From Dehalococcoidia bacterium (GTDB taxonomy: Bacteria > Chloroflexota > Dehalococcoidia > Lucifugimonadales > VXLM01): DNA of 64,000 bases. Of the stretch, positions 53,692-63,005 are shown one piece after another. The first letter of the stretch is position 1. Each line of letters starts with the position of its first letter. The DNA is taken from assembly GCA_965116655.1 (NCBI GenBank), contig OZ220720.1, positions 892,338-956,337 on the forward strand. Reading direction: 5' to 3'. The notes under the pieces are model-generated. The model did no database searches, was not told the origin of the DNA, and saw only the letters and a program-made list of their open reading frames with translations. The translations under genes and the position numbers were made by a program.

Positions 53692-54642
53692 ATGCCGACC
53701 GTCGAGACAGCACGGGGGCCGGTTGATACCGCAGACCTCGGATTCACGTTGAGTCATGAGCACGTGTGCATCGGGTTCAGCGGCTCGTCGGCGATACCGG
53801 AGTTCCTCGACCGTAACGCCACGCTTGAGCGGGCCGTCCGCGACCTCACTGATGCGAAACGCGGAGGAGTGGACACCATCGTCGACGTCGCGCCTTACGA
53901 CCAGGCCCGCGACGTGCGGATTCAGGCAGAGGCGTCGGCGAGGTCGGGCGTGAACGTCGTCGTCTCGACGGGTACGTGGCTCGACGTGCCGCACCTGTTT
54001 GAAATCGTGCCCATCGACAGGATCGCCGATTTCTACGTGCGCGAAATCACCGAGGGAGTAGACGACACCGGTATCAAGGTGGGGATCATCAAGTGCGCCA
54101 CCGACCGGGGCGGGGTCACGCCCGGCCAGGAGCGGGTGCTTCGGGCGGCTGCCCGCGCCTCCATGAGGACGGACACGCCCATAATGACCCACACGTGGGC
54201 GCCCGAACGCATCGGTGAGCAGCAGGCGGACGTGTTCGAGGACGAGGGCATCGACCCTAATCGTGTGTGCATAGGACACAGCAACGACACAACCGATCTC
54301 GGCTACCTGACCGGCCTGCTTCGTCGCGGGTACTGGCTGGGCATGGACAGGCACAAGGAGAGCGGTCTCATGGGGCCGACGTGGCAGGAGCGGGCGGTCG
54401 TGCTGAAGCAGCTTATCGACGCGGGATGGGGGCACCGCATCATGATCGCCCACGACTGGGACTCGACGGTGGGGCTCTTCTCGCCGGAGGGCAGGAAGGC
54501 GCAGGACGCCCAGAACCCTGACCGCTGGCTGTTCATCACTCGCAGAGTGCTTCGGATGCTGAGGTCGCTCGGTGCGAGCGAGGACGATGTCAGGAAGCTG
54601 ACCGTGGAGAATCCGAGGCGGTATTTCGAAGGGAAAAGTTAG
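53692..54642 (+). CDS. phosphotriesterase-family (PTE/PLL-like) amidohydrolase
   Basis: 316 aa: GFTLSHEHV, IIKCATD, IMTHT, IGHSND, IAHDW. Confidence 0.82.
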   Translation: MPTVETARGPVDTADLGFTLSHEHVCIGFSGSSAIPEFLDRNATLERAVRDLTDAKRGGVDTIVDVAPYDQARDVRIQAEASARSGVNVVVSTGTWLDVPHLFEIVPIDRIADFYVREITEGVDDTGIKVGIIKCATDRGGVTPGQERVLRAAARASMRTDTPIMTHTWAPERIGEQQADVFEDEGIDPNRVCIGHSNDTTDLGYLTGLLRRGYWLGMDRHKESGLMGPTWQERAVVLKQLIDAGWGHRIMIAHDWDSTVGLFSPEGRKAQDAQNPDRWLFITRRVLRMLRSLGASEDDVRKLTVENPRRYFEGKS

Positions 54643-54652
54643 AATGGAAGTC

Positions 54653-54683
54653 GTTCGCCCTTCGACAAGCTCAGGGTGAACGG
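54653..54683. repeat. family-F hairpin repeat
   Basis: GTTCGCCCTTCGACAAGCTCAGGGTGAACGG. Confidence 0.65.
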
Positions 54684-54714
54684 ATTTCCTTTCCCATGAT
54701 CTAAAGGAGAAATA

Positions 54715-55899
54715 TTGCAACACCACATCATCTACAAGAAGGACGGCGTATATGCCGCGTTCCCGCAGCTCGATCACTTGGCGGACGGGCGAGTGGCCGC
54801 CAGCTTCTCGATCTCATTCAAGCGCGACCACCACGTGATCGGCGATTGGCACGTGCTTGCGTCCGATGACGGGGGCAGGACGTGGTCGCCGTCGGACGAC
54901 CCGGCGATTCCGCACAACTGGCCGGCTCAGTCGACACGGGAGTACTCCGACCGGTTCAACGGCGTGCTGAAGGACGGGACGTATCTCTGCGCCGGAACAT
55001 TGGGGTCTGAGGTGTGGGACGAGGAGCGTCGCGACGAGGCGGAGGAGGCGGGAATGAAGGTATGGCCGCACCCGTGGCTGGAGGGGAAGATAGCAGTCCG
55101 GGCACTGAAGCTGTTCGTGCAATACTCTGAGGACAAGGGCCGGACGTGGGTACGACGGGAGTGGCCGGTGCCCGGCTTCCAACAGGTGATGGCGTTCTCG
55201 CGCGGCACGATGCTGGAAGACGGCACGGTGCTCGTGCCTGTCTACGGCGTGGACACCGACGGCAACGGGCGAAACATGGTCTGGCGCTCAGGGCCCGACG
55301 GGAAGAGGGGCTGGCGGCTGCTTTCCATGGGCAACCAGGCCAGGGACATGCACATCAATGAGTCGGCCTTCGCAGAGGTCGAGCCGGGGCGCGTGCTTGC
55401 GCTGTCGCGGAACGCGAACGGGTACTTCACGCAGATGTGGTCGGACGATGGCGGCCGGAACTGGTCGGAGCCGCTGCTGACCGACATCTGGGGGCCCCAC
55501 TCCCCTCCCCACCTGTTGAGGCTGCAGGACGGACGCATCCTGTGCACCTATGGGTACCGCCGCAGGCCCATGGGCATCCGCGCCGTCCTGAGTGATGATG
55601 GGGGCGAGACATGGGACACGGAGAACACCGTCATTCTGCGGGAGGACGGCGGCACGCCGACGCAGTCGATGGCGATCACCGAGCCGCCCGACCTCGAATC
55701 GCACCGTCTCTCCGGAGATGAGTTTCGGAAGCGAGTGGCAGCAGCGGTGATTCGCGGCTACTACCAACCGGAGAACGCGAGACCCGATCTGGGCTACGCG
55801 ATCTCGACGCAGTTAGAGGACGGGACGATCTTGAGCGTGTACTACATCACGCTCGATGACGGCATCACCCACTGCGCCTGCACGCGCTGGGAGGCGTGA
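54715..55899 (+). CDS. BNR-repeat (sialidase-like) beta-propeller protein, no signal peptide
   Basis: 394 aa with a TTG start. Four Asp-box motifs: SDDGGRTWS, SEDKGRTW, SDDGGRNWS, SDDGGETW. Confidence 0.75.
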   Translation: MQHHIIYKKDGVYAAFPQLDHLADGRVAASFSISFKRDHHVIGDWHVLASDDGGRTWSPSDDPAIPHNWPAQSTREYSDRFNGVLKDGTYLCAGTLGSEVWDEERRDEAEEAGMKVWPHPWLEGKIAVRALKLFVQYSEDKGRTWVRREWPVPGFQQVMAFSRGTMLEDGTVLVPVYGVDTDGNGRNMVWRSGPDGKRGWRLLSMGNQARDMHINESAFAEVEPGRVLALSRNANGYFTQMWSDDGGRNWSEPLLTDIWGPHSPPHLLRLQDGRILCTYGYRRRPMGIRAVLSDDGGETWDTENTVILREDGGTPTQSMAITEPPDLESHRLSGDEFRKRVAAAVIRGYYQPENARPDLGYAISTQLEDGTILSVYYITLDDGITHCACTRWEA

Positions 55900-55928
55900 G
55901 TCTGGTAAGCGAGCCCGAGGAGTACAAG

Positions 55929-57056
55929 ATGAAGAAGCAAGACAAGCTCAAGAAACTTAAGGACAAGGCGCGGGACGTCTCGGATGACTTGAAGGAGACG
56001 ACGACCTCGAAGGCCGGTCACGTAAGGGACGCGACGAAGAAAGTCGGGGATGCCGCTTCATCGACGAAGATAACCGATGCGGTGTCTTCGGGTACGGGTG
56101 CAGTGCGTGACGCTGCCAAAAGGGTATCGGATGCAGGAAATGCGACAGCGCGACGGCTACGAATCGAATCGACCGCGAGTTTCATCCTTTCGACCGGTCA
56201 AGCGCTCCTCGCCACCAACCTTTCAAACGAGATAAACGGCATTGTTCAGAATTTGGTCAGCGGGAGCGCGACCATTTACGACAGGGCAATGGATGCCCAA
56301 TACATTGCCACAGGTATCGGTGGCGCTCACCACCGGCTGTTCGACGGCGGACACACCATAATTGGAGCAATCAGAGCCGGGCACTCGGCCTCGCCTGACG
56401 ACAACATTATTCAAGAAGCTCTCGGGACCATGCAGGGTCTTCTCCGAGACGTAAGCACGCCGAACGGCCTTCCTCTTGCAAACTGGGACTATGACACCTA
56501 TCAGAGGGTTGCCGATTCTCTTGAATCGAATTTCCACATACCCAGATCGTGGTTCTATGACCTGAACACCTACGATGTTGCCGACCTTCTCGGATCATCA
56601 ATTGGTGTCGTCGCCGTGATCTTTCATTGGAACCGAGGAGACACGGAGGAATTTGCCAAACTCGTAGGGGGCATGGGACTCTCCGCCGTCTTCTCAGCCA
56701 ATCCCCTTCTCTTGGTTGTGACTGTTGTGGCTATGGCCAGGGCATTTCACATTGCCCGCCGGTCAGGAGAGTACACGGAATTCGTGGACGGTCAGTTCAA
56801 GGGTGTTGTCGGCGCAGGGGCAACCATTGGAGCAGTATCGCTAGTCGGGATCGTGGGAGGACCGTGGGGAGTGGCCCTCATAACCGGTTTGGTTGTCGGC
56901 ATTCTCGTAAACGGGGCAATGAAGGACGTCAGCATTGTCCAAGTCAGCAAAGTCGTCTCCAAGCAGGCGGTCGCAACCGCATCCGAAGCGAGAAGGATGA
57001 TGAAGGACCGATACGTGGAGGACCCTGAATTCGGCAGTGTCACGGTCACTTTCTGA
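55929..57056 (+). CDS. hypothetical membrane protein (amphipathic repeat N-terminus, Gly-rich TM helices)
   Basis: I prefer ATG 55929 (GAGGAG 6 nt upstream). The N-terminus has repeated ..RDA.K(K/R)V.DA.. units. The C-terminus has GVVGAGATIGAVSLVGIVGGPWGVALITGLVVGILVNG. GC is lower than in the flanks. Confidence 0.55.
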   Translation: MKKQDKLKKLKDKARDVSDDLKETTTSKAGHVRDATKKVGDAASSTKITDAVSSGTGAVRDAAKRVSDAGNATARRLRIESTASFILSTGQALLATNLSNEINGIVQNLVSGSATIYDRAMDAQYIATGIGGAHHRLFDGGHTIIGAIRAGHSASPDDNIIQEALGTMQGLLRDVSTPNGLPLANWDYDTYQRVADSLESNFHIPRSWFYDLNTYDVADLLGSSIGVVAVIFHWNRGDTEEFAKLVGGMGLSAVFSANPLLLVVTVVAMARAFHIARRSGEYTEFVDGQFKGVVGAGATIGAVSLVGIVGGPWGVALITGLVVGILVNGAMKDVSIVQVSKVVSKQAVATASEARRMMKDRYVEDPEFGSVTVTF

Positions 57057-57167
57057 GGGTTACGGCCGGACGTTGGTACGGAAGCCATTTACTCAGCCTC
57101 ATCCAAATATCGTAGGATACGCGGTGAGATGATAGGGAGTCTTTAGTAGAGCAAGGGAGGTGTTTCC

Positions 57168-58058
57168 ATGCTGCGTATGAGTCCACCGCTGGGAGATATG
57201 CTTCGGCTTGGTGATGATGGGGCCGAAGGCAGGGCGCTGCTCGTCAAGCGAGCGGCGGTGATGGATGTCGATACCGTTTCAGCCAAGGCGTTTCCGGAAT
57301 GGAGCGACGACGAAGCCCGCGAGGCGAGGGCCTGGCTGGACGACAACGGTCTGAGGATCGGAGAGGTTTGCCCATTCTACCAGGGACGACATCTGGGCTT
57401 TCACGATCCCGACCTGCACAAGATCGCTATGGAAAGCTACTCCTATCAGATTCACATCTCGGCGATTCTCGGCGCGCGGTGCGTCGGCTTCGGATGGGGG
57501 AAGGAGATGGGTTGGCCTTCGCCCGACATCTGGTCGGAGGAGACGTGGAAGCAGCGAGTCGCGGCGGTCGCAGAGCTGTCCGAGGTGGCGGAGCGGGAGG
57601 GCATGGATATCGCCGCCCATCCGCTCTACTACACGCCACTCAAGTCGGTGGAACGCTGCAAGAACCTGCTCGACTCCGTAGGTTCCCCCCGGCTGAAGAT
57701 CCTGCTCGACCTTGTGAACATGTGCGAGCCGTACATGTACTACCGCACCACCGACCTCGTTAACCACGCGTTCGACGTGCTGGGCGGGCACATCGCGTCG
57801 GTGCACGCGAAGGACGTGAAGATCGCGGGCGGCGGGATCGGCGGCGGCGCAAAGGCCGAGAAGGGCAACCCCATCGTGCACATCGACGAGGCAGTCCCCG
57901 GCACGGGAGTCATGGACTACGAGACGATCATGACGCGTCTGGGAGAGCTCACGCAGGACATCACGATGCACGTCGAGCACTTCGAGTACGAGGACACCAT
58001 CGTCGGGCAGCAGTACATCCGGTCAGTGGCGCGTCGGGTCGGGGTCGAGGTGAACTAG
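57168..58058 (+). CDS. sugar phosphate isomerase/epimerase (xylose isomerase-like TIM barrel)
   Basis: 296 aa with a typical layout: ...LGARCVGF..., ...IAAHPLYYTP..., LKILLDLVN, HAKDV. Confidence 0.7.
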   Translation: MLRMSPPLGDMLRLGDDGAEGRALLVKRAAVMDVDTVSAKAFPEWSDDEAREARAWLDDNGLRIGEVCPFYQGRHLGFHDPDLHKIAMESYSYQIHISAILGARCVGFGWGKEMGWPSPDIWSEETWKQRVAAVAELSEVAEREGMDIAAHPLYYTPLKSVERCKNLLDSVGSPRLKILLDLVNMCEPYMYYRTTDLVNHAFDVLGGHIASVHAKDVKIAGGGIGGGAKAEKGNPIVHIDEAVPGTGVMDYETIMTRLGELTQDITMHVEHFEYEDTIVGQQYIRSVARRVGVEVN

Positions 58059-58067
58059 CCTAGACTC

Positions 58068-58877
58068 TCACCCTTCCAACGCCCCTTCGAGGTAGCGGCG
58101 GAAGTCGTCGGGCTCGTACATGATGTGCTGGAACTCCATGGACGGCAGGCGGTACGGGTCCGTGTCCTTGGTCGCATATCGGGCGGCCATGGGCGGGCCG
58201 CCGTCGGCCTCGTCGTCGCCGGGGACGCCCACGAGGTCGGCGTAGCGGATGGTGCGTCCGTCCGCCTTGTACTCGGAGCCGATGATCCAGAGCCTGCCGA
58301 ACCGAAAGCGTTTCTTGACCTCGGCCTCGGCGATGCTGCTCCAACTCGTGCCGGTGAAGGCGAAGTCCTTCGGACGAAAGCCGAGGTTTCGCTCAATGAA
58401 CTCGATGCAGCGGTCCAGCTCGATTCTCATGCGCTCGCCGGTGGGGTCTTCCAGGCTGAGGTCGGACAGGTTCGGATGGCTCACGGTGTGCGCGCCGATG
58501 GACCAGCCAAGCTCACGCAGCTCGCCGACCTCGTCCCACGTCATGTGCTCGTCCGGCGTGTAGGGCCACGGCAGATCGCGGTCGTACTCCGGGTCGTAGG
58601 GCTTGGTGTACATGAAGAGGTTGCCGGTGTAGCCGTACTTCGCCAACGTGTCGTGCGTCTCGTAGCGCATGTTCTTGATCGGATGGTCGAAGTCGATCAG
58701 TACCGGGCGTTCGGGCAGCGTGCCGGCGCCTTCCCTCCATGCGGCGTACTGATCGTAGTCGATGGATGTAAAGCCCATCTCGCTTGCGACGCGCATCAGC
58801 GCATCGAGCCGCTCGACCGGCAGAGGATTCTCGCCGTCGTCCCGAATGCCGTGACACATAGTGATAGGAATTCTCAT
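58068..58877 (-). CDS. polysaccharide deacetylase (NodB-like) family protein
   Basis: The start is trimmed to MRIPITMCHGI. It contains VLIDFDH and IGAHTVSHPNLSDL. Confidence 0.65.
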   Translation of the reverse strand: MRIPITMCHGIRDDGENPLPVERLDALMRVASEMGFTSIDYDQYAAWREGAGTLPERPVLIDFDHPIKNMRYETHDTLAKYGYTGNLFMYTKPYDPEYDRDLPWPYTPDEHMTWDEVGELRELGWSIGAHTVSHPNLSDLSLEDPTGERMRIELDRCIEFIERNLGFRPKDFAFTGTSWSSIAEAEVKKRFRFGRLWIIGSEYKADGRTIRYADLVGVPGDDEADGGPPMAARYATKDTDPYRLPSMEFQHIMYEPDDFRRYLEGALEG

Positions 58878-59347
58878 TCTGCCCCCCAGTCGTAGGTAAT
58901 GGACCGACTTGCCCCAGCATATCACGGTGGGGGAACGCACACTGCATGGGATCGCAGAGTACCTTGACATACCTACCAATGGGATTACGGAAGGGTCCCT
59001 ATACAAAAATAATCCATTATGGTAGATTAAGGCATCCGTCGATGGACGCGCCGTGTGATCTTCTGCGGAAGCAATCCAATCGCGCGGCGGAACGAAAGGA
59101 GGCTTGGATGACAACTGAATATCGAGGGGTGACCCTCATCTAAGTAAGGCAGAGACCTGACCGCGTCGGTTCCCCGGAGTTTTCGCGCCGGGTCGATGTC
59201 TTCAAAAGGCAGTCGGGTGTTCCTGGTTTCCCGGAATCGGCCAACCGGGACCGGAACAGTCGGCTGTCTTTTCTTTATTCCACGGGTGACAACATCACGG
59301 CGTTGCTTTACCATCGAGGCTCTCAAATTTGAACTGACGGGGGTGAC

Positions 59348-60532
59348 GTGATGGAAGGGCCGCGCGCGTGTACGGCGGAGGACTTCGAGGAGACGATGGC
59401 GCTCCTCAACAGCATCTTCAGGGCGGGCTCCGACCAGAGGCTGCAGACCGACTATCCCCTGATCTTCAGGCCGTCGCGATTCCAGTACATGCGGATCATC
59501 AAGGAGGACGGCAAGGTGGTCGCGCATGTTCCGGTGGCGCCGCGCGAGGTGATCGTCAACGACGACCGCTTCACCGTTGGCATCATCAGCCCCACGGGGA
59601 CGCACCCCGACTACCGGCATCGCGGGCACGGCACCCGCTGCCTCCGCGACTGCCTGCGAATCATGAACGAGAACGACTGGCCCGTCTCCGTGCTGTGGAC
59701 GCGAGAGGCGACGTTTCCGTTCTACCAGAACTCCGGGTACGAGCCCGTTGGCCCTCAGGCGAAGGGCTACCCGCTGACTCCGAGCGAGTACGAGACGTTC
59801 GAACGAGGAACCTACGACATATCGCTGTACAACCCCAGCAATCCCGAGCATCTAGATGCTGTTATAGGGATTCACGAGCCCGAACCGCTCCGCATCGGTC
59901 GGACGCGGGATGACTACGCGCACTACTTCAACCTTCACAAGATGAGCACGCTCCTTGCCCACGACAATGGTCGCATCGTGGCGTACCTGATGCTGGCGCG
60001 CGGGAGGAACAAGCCAGGCTTCGTGGAGGGAGGCGGCGACGCTGGGGCGCTGGAGGCGCTGTATCACCAGGCGCTCGTGCTCGGGACCGCCGGCGATTCC
60101 GCGTTCGCCGTCGTGCCGCTCAACCCGACCACGTTCGGGGACGTTCTGGAGGCACGCAAGCCGGGAACGTCGGTGCTTGATACGGAGTCGGATATCGGGT
60201 TTCAGATGATGCGGGTGAATTCACTGTCCGGCCTGTTAACCAAGATCACCGGCCACCTTCGAGAGCGGAGCGCGGCGGGGGTTGTGGGAACGGTGTGTCT
60301 CGTGTGCGTGGACGACGGGGACGCGGTCACGATCACCTTGAGGAATGGGGACGCGGAAGTCTCGATGGAACGGTCGGGACAGCCGGTCGAGCTGACGCGC
60401 AGGCAGCTTACGAGGCTCATATTCGGGCCGCATCCGGCGGGCGGACCAGTCACGGCGGACGGCGAAGCGGGCGAGGTACTGGACGCGATCTTCCCGTTCT
60501 ACTTCCCGGTGTGGGAGCTGGACCACTCGTAG
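59348..60532 (+). CDS. GNAT N-acetyltransferase, Eis-like architecture (GNAT plus C-terminal SCP2-like domain)
   Basis: 394 aa: GIISPTGTHPDYRHRGHGTRCL and PFYQNSGYEPVG. Confidence 0.7.
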   Translation: MMEGPRACTAEDFEETMALLNSIFRAGSDQRLQTDYPLIFRPSRFQYMRIIKEDGKVVAHVPVAPREVIVNDDRFTVGIISPTGTHPDYRHRGHGTRCLRDCLRIMNENDWPVSVLWTREATFPFYQNSGYEPVGPQAKGYPLTPSEYETFERGTYDISLYNPSNPEHLDAVIGIHEPEPLRIGRTRDDYAHYFNLHKMSTLLAHDNGRIVAYLMLARGRNKPGFVEGGGDAGALEALYHQALVLGTAGDSAFAVVPLNPTTFGDVLEARKPGTSVLDTESDIGFQMMRVNSLSGLLTKITGHLRERSAAGVVGTVCLVCVDDGDAVTITLRNGDAEVSMERSGQPVELTRRQLTRLIFGPHPAGGPVTADGEAGEVLDAIFPFYFPVWELDHS

Positions 60533-60586
60533 GCCGGGGCTATGGATTCCCGCCTACGCGGGAATGTGACGAATGGCGGGTTTCGA

Positions 60587-60614
60587 GTAAGGGCGATTCG
60601 CGAATCGCCCCTAC
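60587..60614. repeat. family-D palindrome
   Basis: GTAAGGGCGATTCGCGAATCGCCCCTAC lies between the convergent GNAT and DUF1800 genes. Confidence 0.65.
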
Positions 60615-60637
60615 GAGAGGTTGGACAGGGTTGTCAC

Positions 60638-62059
60638 CTAGCCGAACTGGTACTCCCTCGTACCTGAGATCAGGGCGAGGACCTTGCTTGTCACACGTGA
60701 GGCGTTGGCGAAGTCCTCCGGGGACTGCCATGAGACGGAACCGCCCTCGCCGGTGACGTAGTCGATGAGTTCCTGCCGGGTCTTGTCCTTGACAGAGAGG
60801 GGCCCCATGAGGTCGAGGCAGTGATCTACGAGGTCGTCTGCCGTCATGGCGGTGCCGTTCGACGCGGCGACGCGACGGATGATGTCCTGCACGCCGGGCA
60901 GAGACGTGTCGCTGAACTTGTCCGACATGAAGTTGACGCGCCGGACGAGAGCGCCGCTGTTGATCCACTCGTGTCCGGTATGCCATCCCTCGACGCTGGG
61001 GGGATCGTGCAGGCTCTGGCCCATGAACATCGGCTCCAGGGCGACCTCTTCCCAGTCGGGGTGCGGCTCGGACAGGGCACCAGTCACCCGGAGCGTGCCA
61101 GCGACGACTTCGGCGGGATTGAGTACGTGCCGGTACATGGAGTCCTTGAAGAAGTCGGACGTGAAGATCGTTCGCAGGACGGGCTTGATCTCGTAGTCGT
61201 TCTTGACGAAAGACTCGCAGATCGTCCTGATTGCCTCGGGATTGCGCGGCGGCTCGATCGGCCACGCGGGAACCTGCGGCTCGTCGGCCACGAAGAAGTT
61301 GTAGAGATGCCGCGCGATGAATACATGACACGCGGGCTGACGCACGATGATGTCGATGACGTCGAAGCCGTCAAAGTTGCCCGTGTGACCAAGGTAGTCC
61401 TTCTCGGCGCCGTCGTGGTCCTCGGGATGAAACTCGTAGTTCCACAGGTGGGGGCCCCAGAGGAGCCAGTGGATCTTCGTGTCGAAGGCCCAGCCGGTGA
61501 AGGCGCGGGACGCCTCGAACACGTCCTTCTCCGTGTAGTTGCCGATGCCCATGGAGAAGAGCTCCATGAGCTCGCGGCCCCAGTTCTCGTTCGGCGCGCG
61601 CTTGTGGTTCTCCTGGTTGTCGAGCCAGTAGAGCATCGTGGGGTTCTGGGCGAGACGCACGAGCAGATCGCGGTAGTTGCCGAGGCCGTGCTCTCGGAAC
61701 ATGGCGATCTGTTCCTTAATCTCGTAGGCGCTCTCGACCTTATTGTCGCCCGTGGCGAAGACCTGGTGCCAGAAAAGGCCGATCTTCTCCTCAAGGGGAC
61801 GCTCGGTGTTGACCATGCGATAGAGCCAGTTGACGGAGGCGTGGTTGACCTTCGGCGGGCGCTCCGAGTCAGGATGGTACCGGTACAGCAGGTACTCATC
61901 GACCTCCGGCTGCTCGTCCGGGTTGAGGAGCCACTCGACGGTCGCGTCGTACCCGTCCTCCGCCCGTCGCTCGATCTCGTCGCGGCTCGCGCCGAACCCG
62001 GCACGCCGCAACAGGTGTGCCATCAGGGCAATTTCTTGCTTCGTAGCCATCTGTGCCAC
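60638..62059 (-). CDS. DUF1800 domain protein
   Basis: 473 aa: ALMAHLLRRAGFGASRDEIERRA, LFWHQVFATG and ELMELFSMGIGNYTE. Confidence 0.8.
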   Translation of the reverse strand: MAQMATKQEIALMAHLLRRAGFGASRDEIERRAEDGYDATVEWLLNPDEQPEVDEYLLYRYHPDSERPPKVNHASVNWLYRMVNTERPLEEKIGLFWHQVFATGDNKVESAYEIKEQIAMFREHGLGNYRDLLVRLAQNPTMLYWLDNQENHKRAPNENWGRELMELFSMGIGNYTEKDVFEASRAFTGWAFDTKIHWLLWGPHLWNYEFHPEDHDGAEKDYLGHTGNFDGFDVIDIIVRQPACHVFIARHLYNFFVADEPQVPAWPIEPPRNPEAIRTICESFVKNDYEIKPVLRTIFTSDFFKDSMYRHVLNPAEVVAGTLRVTGALSEPHPDWEEVALEPMFMGQSLHDPPSVEGWHTGHEWINSGALVRRVNFMSDKFSDTSLPGVQDIIRRVAASNGTAMTADDLVDHCLDLMGPLSVKDKTRQELIDYVTGEGGSVSWQSPEDFANASRVTSKVLALISGTREYQFG

Positions 62060-62135
62060 CTTAGCTTGAGGTACGATTTAGTGTAGTTTGACCCCTATGG
62101 CGTGTCAACTGGACGTATAATGGCCCGACGGTGAT

Positions 62136-62987
62136 TTGGAGGACACGATGGTAAAGCACGGAGTCGATTTCCCCCCGTTCGAGGAGTTCGCGGACCCGCG
62201 ATTCATGGCGGAACTGGCGTATGAGGCGGAGCAGGCCGGATGGGACGGCGTGTTCACGTGGGACCACGTCTGGCTGGGCATGAAAGAACCGTTCGCCGAC
62301 CCGTGGGTGGCATTGTCGGCCGTCGCCATGCGGACCGAGCGCATCCGTATCGGGGCGATGGTAACGCCGCTGGCGCGACGGCGACCGTGGCAAGTGGCGC
62401 GGGCGACGGCCTCGCTCGATCATCTCTCCGACGGCAGGCTGATCTTCGGGGCGGGTCTTGGCAGTCCGGTCGACGCCGAGTTCGCGGCGTTTGGCGAGGA
62501 GACCGACAACAAGGTACGGGCACGAAAGCTGGACGAGGGCCTCGATGTGTTGGCGGGGCTCTGGAGTGGCGAACCGTTCTCGTATGATGGCGAGCAGTAC
62601 CGCATCGACAACGTGACGTTCCAACCGACGCCGGTGCAGCAGCCTCGCATCCCCGTGTGGGTGGGAGGTCAGTGGCCGAACCGCGCGCCCTTCCGCAGGG
62701 CTGCACGGTGGGACGGCGCAGTCCCCATCGTCAACAATGGGCAGACGCCGATCACGCCGGATCTCCTCCGCGAGATCGGCGACTACGTCAGCGCGCACAG
62801 GACGAACGATGGGCCGTTCGACATGGTCGCCGGAGTCGGGAACCCCATGGACGATCCCTCGGAGGTGGCCGACCGCATCGCCGCCCTCGAGGAGGCGGGC
62901 CTGACATGGGCGATCTGCAGCTTCGGGTCTTGGAACGGCACAATCGAGGGGACGAGGGAGCGGATACGGCAGGGGCCACCCCGGTAG
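62136..62987 (+). CDS. LLM-class (luciferase-like) flavin/F420-dependent oxidoreductase
   Basis: 283 aa: AEQAGWDGVFTWDH, IRIGAMVTPLARRRPW, LDHLSDGRLIFGAGLG. The start is TTG 62136 or ATG 62148. Confidence 0.78.
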   Translation: MEDTMVKHGVDFPPFEEFADPRFMAELAYEAEQAGWDGVFTWDHVWLGMKEPFADPWVALSAVAMRTERIRIGAMVTPLARRRPWQVARATASLDHLSDGRLIFGAGLGSPVDAEFAAFGEETDNKVRARKLDEGLDVLAGLWSGEPFSYDGEQYRIDNVTFQPTPVQQPRIPVWVGGQWPNRAPFRRAARWDGAVPIVNNGQTPITPDLLREIGDYVSAHRTNDGPFDMVAGVGNPMDDPSEVADRIAALEEAGLTWAICSFGSWNGTIEGTRERIRQGPPR

Positions 62988-63005
62988 ACGACATTGCAGC
63001 GTCAC

